Assembly: GCF_006345805.1 (NCBI RefSeq)
Contig: NC_042997.1
Location: forward strand, 15,314,001 to 15,378,000
Direction: 5' to 3'
From: Octopus sinensis
Lineage: Eukaryota
DNA length: 64,000 nt
The notes beneath the pieces were generated by a model that worked only from the letters and a program-made list of their open reading frames with translations, searched no databases and was not told the DNA's origin. The position numbers and the translations under genes are program-made. Numbering within the stretch: the stretch's first letter is position 1; every line of letters begins with the position of its first letter. Positions 11,301-22,352 of this stretch are shown piece by piece.

Positions 11301-14291
11301 ATAATTTGGGAAAATACTTTATTCTGTACCTTTGAAATAGTTTCAACAACATTTAAATAAGATAGGTGCTAAATATGTCCACACGTGGACATATTTACAA
11401 AGTCAGAAAACAACACAGCTCCCATGACTTTAGGAAACATTTTTTCACGCTGAGAGTTGCTGAAGCATGGAACAAACTGCCGGCATCAGTTGTTAGTTGT
11501 CGGAGCACTGCATCCTTCAAAACTTCCATGCTTTCTGAGATTCGCCAACACTACACCTGATTTTCTCCCCTCCATACACACACAAGCATGTATCTGACTC
11601 ATACATTGTTGGCTTTCCAGACATTTGTACATTACTGCATGTACTTTATATGCACTTTCTGACAAGTTGTGGTGCACCTGAGCACTGTATACAATAATTT
11701 CATTATTATTATTATTAAATATTAAAGTTTAATTATGAAATATTGCAAAAATGCAAAAACAAGTTACATTAAACATAATTCTATAGATATGATTTTTTTA
11801 AAAGGGTTTAATAAACAGACTTATTATATACATCATCATCATTTAACATTTGTTGTCCATGCTGGCATAAGTTGGAGGGCTTGACCAGGGCTGGCAAGCT
11901 GGAAGGCTGCACCAGACACCAGTCTGATTTGGCATTGTGTCTATGGTGGGATGCCCTTCCTAATGCCAACCACTCCAAGAGTGTAATGGGTGCCTTTATG
12001 TGCCACTGGCATAGGAGCCGTTTGCATGACACCAGTATCTTCCACAACTGCAATTTTGGCTTGATGAGTCTTCTTCTCAAGCATGACATAATACCAAAGA
12101 TCTGTCATTGCCTCCACGAGGCTCAACATTCAAAAGGAGCTTAGCCACTTTTCCTCCATAAGGCCCAACACTTAAAAGGTGCTTTATATATATCATTTAC
12201 CCAACACCAGCATCAGCCACGACTATGAATTCACTTGGCTTGATGGATCTTATCAAGCACAGCATATCGCCAAATGGTTAATATAAGTATGATAATATAA
12301 GAAGAAGGACAATGTTCATTATTTTTTTTTTATATAAGCGAAAACTAACAGCTGAAAACCAAAAGAGAAGCTGCATGTGCAAAGGACACTGTATTAGATT
12401 TAAGAAAACAGAATGAAAGGAATGTATGTTTCACATATTTTTGTGAAACTGTTTGGTGTAAATTTTTAACAAGTGCTCTGTCTCTAAGCTTTATATAGCT
12501 GCAGGTAAAGGTTACTTTCTTGTGTCATGCCGGCTCGTGGTTTGCATGGCCTATAAATTCCATGGGTTGTATCCCCTACCTTTCTTGACCAGAGTTAGTC
12601 ATTAAGATAATGTTTCATTCTTTTCCCAAAAAGTGTAATTCTAATTAAAATGGTTATAAGAGAGCTGTGAGAAATGTTACCTAGTTCTTTACATAAAGAA
12701 TATTTGACTGCGGCTATGCTGGAGCACCGTCTTTAGTCGAGCAAATTGACTTTTTCCTTGTAAGCTTAGTACTCATTCTATAAAGTTGATATTCATAGAT
12801 GTAAAAACATATAAATTCCCCACCTGGGCAGGACACCAGACCATCACAAGATTACTCATTTTTGCCAGCCGAGTGAACTGGAGCAATGTGAAATGAAGTG
12901 TTTTGCTCAAGAACACAATGCATTACCCAGTCCAGGAATTGAAACCACAATCTTATGATCATGAGTCCAACACCCTAAAGCCACGTCCCTTTACTATATA
13001 GCTTTAGGTCACACCAAGTCTAAATGTGACATTGGAGGAAACAGTTTGTTGTGGCAGCAAGGTCTGACATCACATTCCCAGTCACTCCATATACATCATC
13101 ATCATCATCATCGTTTAACGTCCGTTCTCCATGCTAGCATGGGTTGGATGGTTCGACCGGGGATCTGGGAAGCCAGAAGGCTGCACCAGGCTCCAGTCTT
13201 ATATACAATCATCCTATAATCAATATCTCTCATGCTCAGTCTAGAAGCCTGAGAAACACACACAAAATCATCAGCCGGACCAGTAACATTATTAAATCCA
13301 AATGCTATACTGTGCCGGAATGCACATCACTTATGATAAGTAGAAACTTGAACTGTTATATTTTAAAATAACCATCAATATATCATACTTAATGTAGGTG
13401 CAGGAGTGGCTGTGTGGTAAGTAGCTTGCTTACCAATCACATGGTTCCAGGTTCAGTCCCACTGCGTGGCACCTTGGGCAAGTTGTCTTCTACTATAGCC
13501 TTGGGCTGACCAAAGCCTTGTGAGTGGATTTGGTAGACGGAAACTGAAAGAAGCCCGTCGTATATATGTATATATATGTGTGTGTGTGTATGTTTGTGTG
13601 TCTGTGTTTGTCCCCTTAGCATTGCTTGACAACCGATGCTGGCGTGTTTATGTCTCCGTCACTTAGCGGTTCGGCAAAAAGAGACCGATAGAATAAGTAC
13701 TGGGCTTACAAAGAATAAGTCCCGGGGTCGAGTTGCTCGATTAAAGGTGGTGCTTCAGCATGGCCGCAGTCAAATGACTGAAACAAGTAAAAGAGAATGT
13801 AAATACATTGGTGAAAGGCAATTTATTGTAGTATTTTTCCAGAGATTATATCTCTTATGGACATGCTGCTTTTAAACACAATACATCCTGAAGAGAAGAT
13901 ACCTCTGGACAAATACTGCAGTAAATTGCTTTTCAATTATGTATTTATATTAAATATGATACATTGATGGCTATCTGAATTTAATACTGCTTCTATTGCA
14001 TAAATGGATCGTCATATTTTAAATAAATAGGGTGGTTCTTTTTGTCTAATATAATTTACATAAAGGATGATGAATCACAACATATTTTCCATATAATTAA
14101 CATCACACAATGATACTGCATATAAATAAACATACTTTTTTCCTCCCAGACACTCTATTCCTGGAATTTTGTACAGATGTGTTTGGTTGAATTTCAAAAA
14201 TTTGTACATTACTAGAATCCACAGTAGGCAATTTTTCATAATCTATTTCGTTAGAACCTTTCTTTGGTGACTTTTCTTCCGTGGGGTCCAT
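230..14291 (-). CDS. WDR46: WD repeat-containing protein 46 (UTP7/BING4 family, SSU processome); 5' part only, gene continues off the left edge
   Basis: Exons 14291-14136, 10793-10716, 7412-7300, 5404-5335, 948-890 and 334-230 are GT-AG bounded and phase-consistent. They translate to MDPTEE...[23 protein letters not shown].../...[91 protein letters not shown], matching the WDR46 motifs ARSELLL, VDI.SA.K.F.L.L.FGPY, GRHL..GG..GHVAA.W.TKKL..E.NVME. Confidence 0.93.
503..656. repeat. ~155-bp segment duplicated at 12554-12706
   Basis: TAAATTCCATGGGTTGTATCCCCT...ACATAAAGAATATTT; by eye 3 substitutions and 1 indel between copies. Confidence 0.9.
890..948 (-). CDS. WDR46: WDR46 coding exon 5
   Basis: ttttcag|TACTTT...GGAAG|gtatga; [20 protein letters not shown]; phase 0-2. 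Confidence 0.92.
1005..1415 (+). mobile_element. tRNA-derived SINE family A (CORE-like segment, central (TA)/(TG) microsatellite, (AGTAAAAG)n tail)
   Basis: A box TGGCTGTGTGG, B-box-like GSTTCAGTCCC, CCTTGGGCAAGT core-like motif; many near-identical copies in the window. Confidence 0.9.
1538..3875 (-). mobile_element. Mariner-like DNA transposon, full-length but decayed, interrupted by a piggyBac insertion
   Basis: TIRs TTGGGTCATCCCATAAATAATGC at both ends with TA flanks. Transposase pieces [27 protein letters not shown] (HTH) and [10 protein letters not shown]...[16 protein letters not shown]. About 1.26 kb without the insert. Confidence 0.93.
1980..3052 (+). mobile_element. Internally deleted piggyBac element with 5' transposase remnant (ORF 2246-2683)
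   Basis: TTAA target duplications (1976-1979, 3053-3056) and TIR CCCTTTCGTTAC. Acidic N-terminus then W...F....GP...LDYF.L....EII...TN.YA...W.PIT..EIK and frameshifted IMGIRKLP, typical of piggyBac transposase N-termini. Confidence 0.88.
4091..4484 (+). mobile_element. SINE family A
   Basis: Full-length, near-identical to 1005-1415. Confidence 0.9.
5335..5404 (-). CDS. WDR46: WDR46 coding exon 4
   Basis: ttttccag|ATCAAG...ACTAAG|gttggt; [23 protein letters not shown]; phase 2-0. Confidence 0.9.
6061..6202 (+). mobile_element. Gypsy-like gag N-terminal relic, copy 1
   Basis: [20 protein letters not shown]....[11 protein letters not shown] resembles LPPFW..DP..WF.Q.EA.F (DUF7041-type gag N-termini). 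Confidence 0.55.
7120..7261 (+). mobile_element. Gypsy-like gag N-terminal relic, copy 2
   Basis: Collinear diverged direct repeat of 6061-6202 ([16 protein letters not shown]...TEAQKY). Confidence 0.55.
7300..7412 (-). CDS. WDR46: WDR46 coding exon 3
   Basis: tatacag|AAAAAT...GTTGG|gtaata; [38 protein letters not shown]; phase 0-2. Confidence 0.9.
7979..8587 (+). mobile_element. SINE family A with a family-B tail nested in its microsatellite
   Basis: Head and tail of A separated by an RTE 3' end (~8158-8276) and long (TA)n. Confidence 0.85.
10716..10793 (-). CDS. WDR46: WDR46 coding exon 2
   Basis: ttttcag|GATCCA...GATGTG|gtgagt; [26 protein letters not shown]; phase 0-0. Confidence 0.88.
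11360..11716 (+). mobile_element. CR1-group LINE 3' end (ORF2 C-terminus, 3' UTR, (ATT)n tail)
   Basis: [10 protein letters not shown]...[26 protein letters not shown] motif; a 3' UTR fragment recurs at ~16272-16346. Confidence 0.85.
13396..13796 (+). mobile_element. SINE family A
   Basis: Full-length copy. Confidence 0.9.
14136..14291 (-). CDS. WDR46: WDR46 coding exon 1 (ATG at 14291; acceptor just upstream, exon starts 14295)
   Basis: Polypyrimidine tract + CAG|caaaATG; 52 codons; donor |GTATGT, phase 0. Poorly conserved N-terminus, assigned by phase and position. Confidence 0.75.
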
Positions 14292-15585
14292 TTTGCTGAA
14301 GATAAAAAAAATAAAAAAAGAAAATATATATTTTAAAACTGTGCACACATCTGTCTATTCGTCTCTAACTATTTATCTACATTCCATTTCATAAACTTGA
14401 AGAAATAGATAGATTAGAATATGAGAGCTCTATTGAAATTTAAAAGAAAGTAATTCTTTTGTTTTTGTTGCAAAAAATGGCATTTTTGCGTGAAATTAAA
14501 TACAGAATGAGGAATATATCATACGTAAATATTTTTATGCGGTTCTACTGTAAATATATCCTACATCGATACTGGAACTCTCAACTTTATTGATTATTTG
14601 ATTGCATTGCAAAGTGGTTGAGTACAACTCACACACTGAATACTTAACGTAATCCACAGATGTTATACGTTGGTACTTTGGATTACAGAGAATTCATACG
14701 AAAGTTTCCCTATGCCAAAGCTATCAAAAGAAACAAAAACACTACTGGTTATCATTTTATTACCCGCACTGTTATATATATATATATATATGCCAAAGTT
14801 AATGATACATATAATTAATTTAGTAATTTCTAACTTTACTGGAAAATATTCGTGAATTTTTGTTTTATCCGTGAAAACTTAGGATCGAATATCAAACTTC
14901 TGAGCGGAATCCAAATCATGAAGTAAAATGATTAATATTACCATATTTGATAGCATACAAGATGTAATTAAAAAAAAAAGTCTCCCTGGGTTCTTTATGC
15001 GAAGTTGGATACCCCATAAAATTTAAAGTATTAATTTTTGCCCCTGAATACATGTGGCTGAAATTGGGGTACGTCTAAATATACCCAGACGTCTTTTATA
15101 TCATCATTGTACATTGTTCTTCTAATTCTATTCGCATCTAGGGTGTCGTGTAAGACTATTCACTATGCAATTAAAAAATGAATATCTGTTTATATCAGTA
15201 TTTCCTGACCAGAACAGATATTTTAAGCGACACATTAACATTAGATATGAATTATTTTATTACAACTTTTTAAGCTATTTAACCTCTATAGTTCAGATAA
15301 TACGAAATGATACAACAATACACTGACCAAATTTTTAAAAATTATTTTTTGTATTACGGAATTATATGATAGAAGTGTTATATATGATCGGTGAAAAATT
15401 GAATTGCCGTTTAACACTGAACGAAATATTAGATTCGTGACAGGAAAACGATTAGAATTGAAAGGTCTTTCATATAAATTACTGATCAGTAATAGTGTTT
15501 AGAAGCAAGAATTCAAAATCTGATGCATGTTATAAAATCTGGACTGACTTATGAAAGATATGAAAATTTAAACAAGAAGATAGTT

Positions 15586-15640
15586 ACCAACACGTGTTTT
15601 CCACAGGACAACACACGGTGTAATACACTTCCGGTACACT
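15586..15640 (-). promoter_or_regulatory. Putative WDR46 promoter / short non-coding first exon with E-box and ETS motif
   Basis: Palindromic AACACGTGTT (15589-15598), ETS core ACTTCCGG (15627-15634) and a minus-strand donor TTG|GTAACT at 15588/15587, in unique sequence upstream of the ATG exon, which starts with an acceptor. Confidence 0.5.
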
Positions 15641-15748
15641 TTTAAGGGGAGATTACTCCAACCTTTTTTTTAAAACTCTTTCCATTATTCAGACGTCTCA
15701 GTTTGCTTACTAAGTTCCATTCACAAGGTATTGATCAATTCGAAGTCT

Positions 15749-15980
15749 ATTTCTTTACTATCCACAAGGGGTTAAACACAGAGGGGACAAACATGGACAG
15801 ACAAACGGATTAAGTCGATTATATCGACCCCAGTGCGTAACTGGTACTTATTTAATCGACTCCGAAAGGATGAAAGGCAAAGTCGACCTCGGCGGAATTT
15901 GAACTCACAACGTAACAGCAGACGAAATACGGCTACGCATTTCACCCGGTATGCTAACGTTTCTGCCAGCTCGCCGCCTT
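15749..15980 (-). mobile_element. tRNA-derived SINE family C (Nin/Deu-like domain)
   Basis: Minus strand AAGGCGGCGAGCTGGCAGAA...GAGTTCAAATTCC...GCCTTTCATCCTTTCGG.GTCGAT.AA.TAAGTACCAG; flanked by TTCGAAGTC duplication. Confidence 0.85.
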
Positions 15981-16829
15981 CGAAGTCGTGGTAAATGCTT
16001 ACTCAAGGTGACGTGTGTTGGATCGAAACTAAAACCACGGGGGGTTGCTAATAGAGCTTTGTAACAACCTCATAGCCATGTCTGCTTAGGACATGTTATG
16101 TTATAGTGAAGCCCTACTGAAGTCGTTTCTACATTGCTTTCGCTAGGTTACCATGAAACGAGGAACATTTCTTTGTGGAATGGAACATGAGTGTAATGAT
16201 ACTGGAACATTTTAAAGATTTTTAACGGCAGAAATTAATAGAAAAAAAGTTCACAGAAATGGTAGCAGAAGTTGTACATTACTGCATATGCTTTATACGC
16301 ACTTTTGACAAGTTGTGGTGCACCTGAGCACTGTATACATAAATTCAAACTAGCTTCAATCTGGAGTTGAAAATTAGACTTTGGTTACCGGAAGCAAATA
16401 TTATGACATATCTTGCTTACCTATTCACATCTAACAATGAAAACCAGAGTCAATGTAAGCTAGTGTTCTACGTTGGAAAATTTGGCAGATAATATATTCA
16501 AATTGATAAACTTTGCCGTGAATTCTAATTATTGGCGAGTATGCCAAACGTTAGGATTCACTTCCCAAGATAGACGAGCGTATTCATTTTTTGTTGTTAA
16601 AAGCCAGACAATAATTTTTATTACATATATAACACGTATATATATGAATAATACAAAACCACATTAAGATACAAACCTTAAACAATAGTCATGATTCTTC
16701 TATCATATAAGTTTTTATAAAAGAAAGACAAAGAAAAGGGGGAGAGGAAAGAAAAAGAAAACAATGCGGCACCAGATGCTTCAATTTGTCGCACACCACA
16801 AGGTGCAATGGAACCTACTGAAGCATGCC

Positions 16830-17580
16830 AGCACGCTCGCAGCATTACTATCGTCTTGCCGTCTAAATGCTGGTCGTTTTGCTCGTCACACCGAGCTAAA
16901 TCTAATCATTAAGCCAGCCCTAGCTCTGATTAATATCTCCTCAGTTCTGGAGCCGGTAGGATTATCCAGAAGTGATGGAAATAGACCAGATGGTCTTACT
17001 CTCTGTCCCTAGGTAAGATGTCGGTGCCTCATGTTTTCTAATCTAGGTACAAGGCCTGAAATTTTGGGGGAGGGGGCCAGTCGATTAGATCGACTCCAGT
17101 ATGCAACTGATACTTAATTTATCGACCCCGAAAGGATGAAAGGCAAAGTCGACCTCGGCGGAATTTGCACTCAGAACGTAAAGACAGACGAAATACGGCT
17201 AAGCATTTCGCCTGGCGTGCTAACGTTTCTTATTTCTTTACTACCCACAAGGGACTAAACACAGAGGGGACAGACAAAGGGATTAAGTCGATTATATCGA
17301 CCCCAGTGCGTAACTGGTACTTAATTTATCGACCCCGAAAGGATGAAAGACAAAGTCGACCTCGGCAGAATTTAAACTCAGAACCTAACGGCAGACGAAA
17401 TACGGCTACGCATTTCGCCCGGCGTGCTAACGTTTCTGCCAGCTCGCCACATTTCGGCGCCTCATCTGGAACACCACAGTCTGTGACTCCTTTGCTCCTT
17501 CCCACATCCTGGTGCTGCGGTAAATAGGAGGGTCAGTGCTTCCGTAGCCGAACGAAACAAAACCTTGAAGTATCGGTACC
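16830..17580 (+). mobile_element. CRE-like non-LTR retrotransposon relic (zinc knuckle + restriction-like endonuclease), split by SINEs
   Basis: LSSCRLNAGRFARHTELNLIIK.AL....ISSVLEPVGLSRSDGNRPDGLTL.P*; resumes after 17454 as LIWNTTVCDSFAPSH...AERNKTLKY. Confidence 0.75.
17033..17453 (-). mobile_element. Two tandem family-C SINE segments inserted in the CRE-like relic
   Basis: TSD TCGGYGCCTCAT at 17021-17032 and 17454-17465. Confidence 0.85.
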
Positions 17581-17672
17581 GGGCAGTGAACTATCTCTTC
17601 CAGCCTGTATATCATATTAATTTGATTTACCATCCATATTCTGTTTTGTTAAAGATAATTATTACAATCTTA

Positions 17673-18043
17673 GGGAAGCACTCTGTCGGTTACGACGATG
17701 AGGGTTCCGGTTGATCCGAATCAACGGAACAGCCTGCTCGTGAAATTAACGTGTAAGTGGCTGAGTACTCCACAGACACGTGTACCCTTAACGTAGTTCT
17801 CGGGGATATTCAGCGTGACACAGAGAGTGACAAGGCCGGCCCTTTGAAATACAGGTACAACAGAAACAGGAAGTAAGAGTGAGAGAAAGTTGTGGTGAAA
17901 GAGTACAGCAGGGATCACCACCATCCCCAGCCGGAGCCTCGTGGAGCTTTAGGTGTTTTCGCTCAATAAACATTCACAACGCCTGGTCTGGGAATCGAAA
18001 CCGCGAGTCCGCTGCCCTAACCACTGGGCCATTGCGCCTCCAC
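17673..18043 (-). mobile_element. tRNA-derived SINE family D
   Basis: Reverse copy; flanked by TATTACAATC duplication. Confidence 0.88.
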
Positions 18044-18245
18044 CTATTACAATCACACACACTTACACAAACATATATAAATTCATTAGAGAAAAATAAT
18101 TATTGTCTGAGTGTATCAAGAATATAAAACGACTGCAGTTGAAAAATATATTATAAAATACACATTTAACAGTTCATACATGTGCGTAATTTGTTTATAT
18201 TTAGAAATTTATGTAATAAATTTTGAATAGGGAGTTTTCACATCA

Positions 18246-18840
18246 TCTATAAATCACGGACTGCTTTTTGTGGCTTTAAGTCGTATGAGTTTAGATTGGT
18301 TTTTAGTAATGGAGAGCGCAACTGAAAGGAAACGTCGCTTCGAAAATGTTGGTATTTACTTGCCGGCTCCCGTATATAGCCACAAACAGCTTCTTGTGGA
18401 CTTAAGTCGTACAAGAGGGATGGAAAAACTTGAGAATTCTTTTGAAGGAAACAAGCAATCAAGGGATGTTAGTTGCGGATAGATTTTTCGCAAAAAAATT
18501 TGATTATAAAAGAATTATTAAACTAGAAACTTGTATAAAAATAGGATCACATGCGGTCGCATCGTATAGGGAATACAATCGCACGCGATCCCATTCTTAA
18601 TGAAATATTACAGACCATATAATACATACAACGACAATAGAACACAAGTGGAATGACAACAAGATTTCTTTTTGAATTATATACATTATTTATTTTACAT
18701 ATTTTACAATCATGTTGGTTGGAAGTTTGTAAGTGTTAGCATGTTTTTGTGTCTGTGTGTTCGTGAGGCATAAAAGGTACTGAGCAGAGATATAAAATAC
18801 TACAACTAGCCGTCATTTTTGACGGCACGGGGCCAGCTAG
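18246..18840 (+). mobile_element. Probable non-autonomous Helitron, family 2
   Basis: A|TCTATAAAT start; hairpin GCCGTCA-TTTT-TGACGGC about 10 nt before CTAG|T; single copy in the window. Confidence 0.6.
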
Positions 18841-19970
18841 TAATGATATAACCTGCATAAGAGAGCGAGCGTTGTTGAAAATGTCAAGGCGCAATGAAGG
18901 GCAATATCATTTGCATAGGACTATGTATTGTAAGGGAAGAAAGAAATACACTCAATTTTCTACTAAAATTCTATTCGCGTTTAGAATGTTGAGTGGTACT
19001 TTATCTTATCAACTTGGGAAGAATGGAAGACAAAACTGGCCTCAATAGGATTTGAATTCAGAATGTAAAGGGTCGCAACAAAACAGCGCCCTGCTTTTTA
19101 TCAGACGCTTTAATGATTTGGTTTAGTTAGTCGTTAGTATGCTCAGAAAAGTGTAAGAGTTCTTACTGAACATTTGGACTTTCAATGTGTGTGTGTGAGT
19201 GAAAGAGAGAGGGGGGAGACACAGAGATAGACAGACAGAGGAGATTAAAGAGAAAAGGAATTAAATCTTCACTATACTTGAAAAAAAAAATGGGATGGTC
19301 ACGACTAGATCGACTTCGATCCTAAATTTGCTTGATAATGGGGCTGATTTAAGGATAAACAACCACTCTGAATCATGAGCAGCAAATAGTAACAAAATAA
19401 ACAGAAGCCTAAGTGATCCTTTGATTTGTTAGTAATAGTAACTAAATCTCTCAAATTACAACCAAAAAATCTTAGTAAGAAGCATAACAAATCATGCGGT
19501 CACGAGGGAACTGTGACTAAGGAAAATGGGATGGTCACAGCTGAAATGTCTTTGATCATAGGTTTATTCGGAACTTTAGCTTATCAATGCTCGCTGATAC
19601 TGGGATGAAGATACAAAGCTCTACTAATGGTCGAGGTACCAAGCAAAACATCTCACTTCTGTAAATACTATGAACACAATAAATGAATACGTATTCAGCT
19701 ACCTTGCAAAGCTGAGTTCATCTTTCTGGAACACTAACGCAGCCAGTACGAAGTCTTCAGCAGTGCTCGTTGAACTGGTCAGAGTCGATTGGGCCATATT
19801 TTTTTTTTTTTTCATGAAGCTAAATTTGAGAATTACTCAATGTAGCTAAATTTGTGAATTACTCAATGTAAATTCGAATCAGTTTGAATACAATCCTATT
19901 TTTCATCATTCCGACTCTAACCAAAAATTGTGGTCGTGACAGCTAACAAATACCGAGTACAATTAATATT

Positions 19971-20349
19971 GTGGAGGCGCAATGGCCCAGTGGTTAGGGC
20001 AGCGGTCATAGGATCGCGGTTTCGATTCCCAGACCGGGCGTTGTGAGTGTTTATTGAGCGAAAACACCTAAAGCTCCACGCGGCTCCGGCAGGGGATGTT
20101 GGTGATCCCTGCTGTACTCTTTCACCACAACTTTCTCTCACTCTTACTTCTTATTTCTGTTGTACCTGTATTTCAAGGGGCCGGCCTTGTCACTCTCTGT
20201 GTCACGCTGAATATCCCCGAGAACTACGTTAAGGGTGCACGTGTCTGTGGAGTACTCAGCCACTTACACGTTAATTTCACGAGCAGGCTGTTCCGTTGAT
20301 TCGGATCAACCGGAACCCTCATCGTCGTAACCGACGGAGAGCTTCCACC
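19971..20349 (+). mobile_element. tRNA-derived SINE family D
   Basis: A box TGGCCCAGTGG, B-box-like GTTTCGATTCC; TSD ACAATTAATATT (19959-19970, 20350-20361). Confidence 0.9.
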
Positions 20350-20436
20350 ACAATTAATATTACTGGAGTCATCTCCCTTGATACTTTTATTCCTGTTTTT
20401 ATAATTTTCGCAAGATAGACAACTCTAGGAAATTGC

Positions 20437-20601
20437 TTTAAATATTTTGGCGCGACATTCCAGCTTTTCGGTCGCCACGGTAATTACAGCTGAGGAAGAT
20501 TCTATCTTCTTTTACTCTGTTCGTATTTCTCCAATAATCTCCACGAATTTCGTTACTTCGTGGGCAATATTATTTAATATTTTCGTAAATAGTTGGTAAG
20601 T
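20437..20601 (+). promoter_or_regulatory. Putative CDC7 promoter / non-coding first exon with E2F site
   Basis: TTTGGCGCG (20446-20454, E2F consensus TTTSSCGC) next to TTTAAA (20437-20442, CHR-like); locally CpG-rich; consensus donor TTG|GTAAGT at 20595/20596; the ATG exon begins with an acceptor (24368/24369). Confidence 0.55.
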
Positions 20602-21218
20602 TCTATTTTTCGGTCATCTTAAATTCAAAATTTACTATTCTTGGTAATTCACATTCTTGTCCATACTCCGATTTGTTAAATATCATACTATATGTTTTCT
20701 TTGTTTAATATTAATTGTTTTTTGACGATATCATTTTATCTTTATCGTTTCCTTTGTAATTCCTATAATGAAAAGGAATTATTTTGTTTGTAACTCATAT
20801 ATATATGAATACATAAATGTAAATCGATATTTTTTCTATTGACAAAATTACCACATTTATAATACGTTAAATAATAAATCTAGTCGTTTAAGTCACATGT
20901 TTTCTTTTACTGCCAGTCTAAAGTCTTTCTTTGTACAACTTTTTTAAGGTCATCTACTTCTGAGGTAAACATATAGTTTCTCGAGCACTAAACATAAAAA
21001 CAATACTGTTATTGCTGTAGAGTCAAAGTAGAAAAGAAATAAATAAAAAATAAACGGTTGGTGGGTGGAGTTTTAAACTTTATTTTTGAACAGTATTTTA
21101 CGCATAAAGACTGGCAGTATTAATTTTATGGCATGTCTGAGGACCTATCACACTTTTATAAGTTGTGTGATATTAGAAGGTAAGTGGCAGAATCGTTACA
21201 ACGTCGGACAGAATACTT

Positions 21219-21332
21219 GGTACTACTTAAATACAGAGGTCCCGGTGCATCTACCTGACCCTTAACCGTAACCCTAAACCCTAAGACTAACCCTAACGAG
21301 TGTGCACTGTAAAAACATCGTTCCATGGTGCC
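21219..21332. mobile_element. 114-bp MITE-like insertion with 8-bp TSD and CCCTAA-like repeats
   Basis: GAATACTT duplicated at 21211-21218 and 21333-21340; termini GGTACTA / TGGTGCC; interrupts an old family-C SINE. Confidence 0.6.
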
Positions 21333-22284
21333 GAATACTTTACAATATTTGTTCAAGTATTTTATGTTTTTGGTTCAAATCCCGTCGAGGTCAACTTTGT
21401 TTTCCATCCCCCTCTGGCCGATTAGGATCTGTTCTCCCTCAAATTTCTAGCCTTGTACCTAATTTATTAAGAAACTCGTAAAGCGTCGGACAAAATGCTT
21501 TGCGATATTTTTTCAGGCTCTTGATGTTTTAGGTTTAAATCCCGTCGTGGCCAACACTTCCTTTCATCCTCCTAGGATTGATAAATGAAATGCCAGTCAA
21601 GTTCTGTGGTTGAATATAACCGACGGTTCCCCCTCTTTAGAAATTTCTGGCCTTGTCTCTAAATTTGAAACAATTGCTTTATGTCTTCGACGCTTTCTTG
21701 TTGGTCCCTACTGGACCAACTGGCGAACCCCTATTCCTGACGTGTGCTCAGTATTGTGTAAAATTTTGTGTTAGTATAGTAAACCAGTTTTGCTTTGCTG
21801 TGGTGATTGGTTCGTTATTTTTGTGATTCTTCTGTTTTGTAGAATATATATACTATGAATTGTGTTGTGTAGTGAATATATTTTCTATGTGTCGTGTTAT
21901 TGGTATGTGATTCAGTGTCGCACAGTAATATTCATTTGCTTGTCCCAGTCATTTGACTACGGCCATGGTGGACCACTCCATTGAATGTATTTTTTTGAAA
22001 AAATTTAAATTGGTGGGTAGGGGGTTGGGTGAAATTAGAAAAAATTTTTTTTGCATATTCGTTAATCTCTGACATTTAAAATGTAGGAATCCGAAAAAAA
22101 AAAATTTTTTTTTGAATGCATTTTTCAAGGTGAGGTGCAAAACTGCATCAGCCCCTTTTTTTTTTAGTTGAACAAATCGACCCCAGCACTTAGTCTATGT
22201 AAGCCTAGTATTTATTCCTTCGGTATCTTTTGCTGAACCACTAAGTTATGGGGATGCTGGTTGTCAAGCGGTAATGGGAAACAA

Positions 22285-22352
<68 letters not shown>

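Noticed and set aside
13903-13915. 13-nt AG/GT-bounded candidate WDR46 micro-exon
   Set aside because: It would shift the frame; the flanking exons already join in phase 0.
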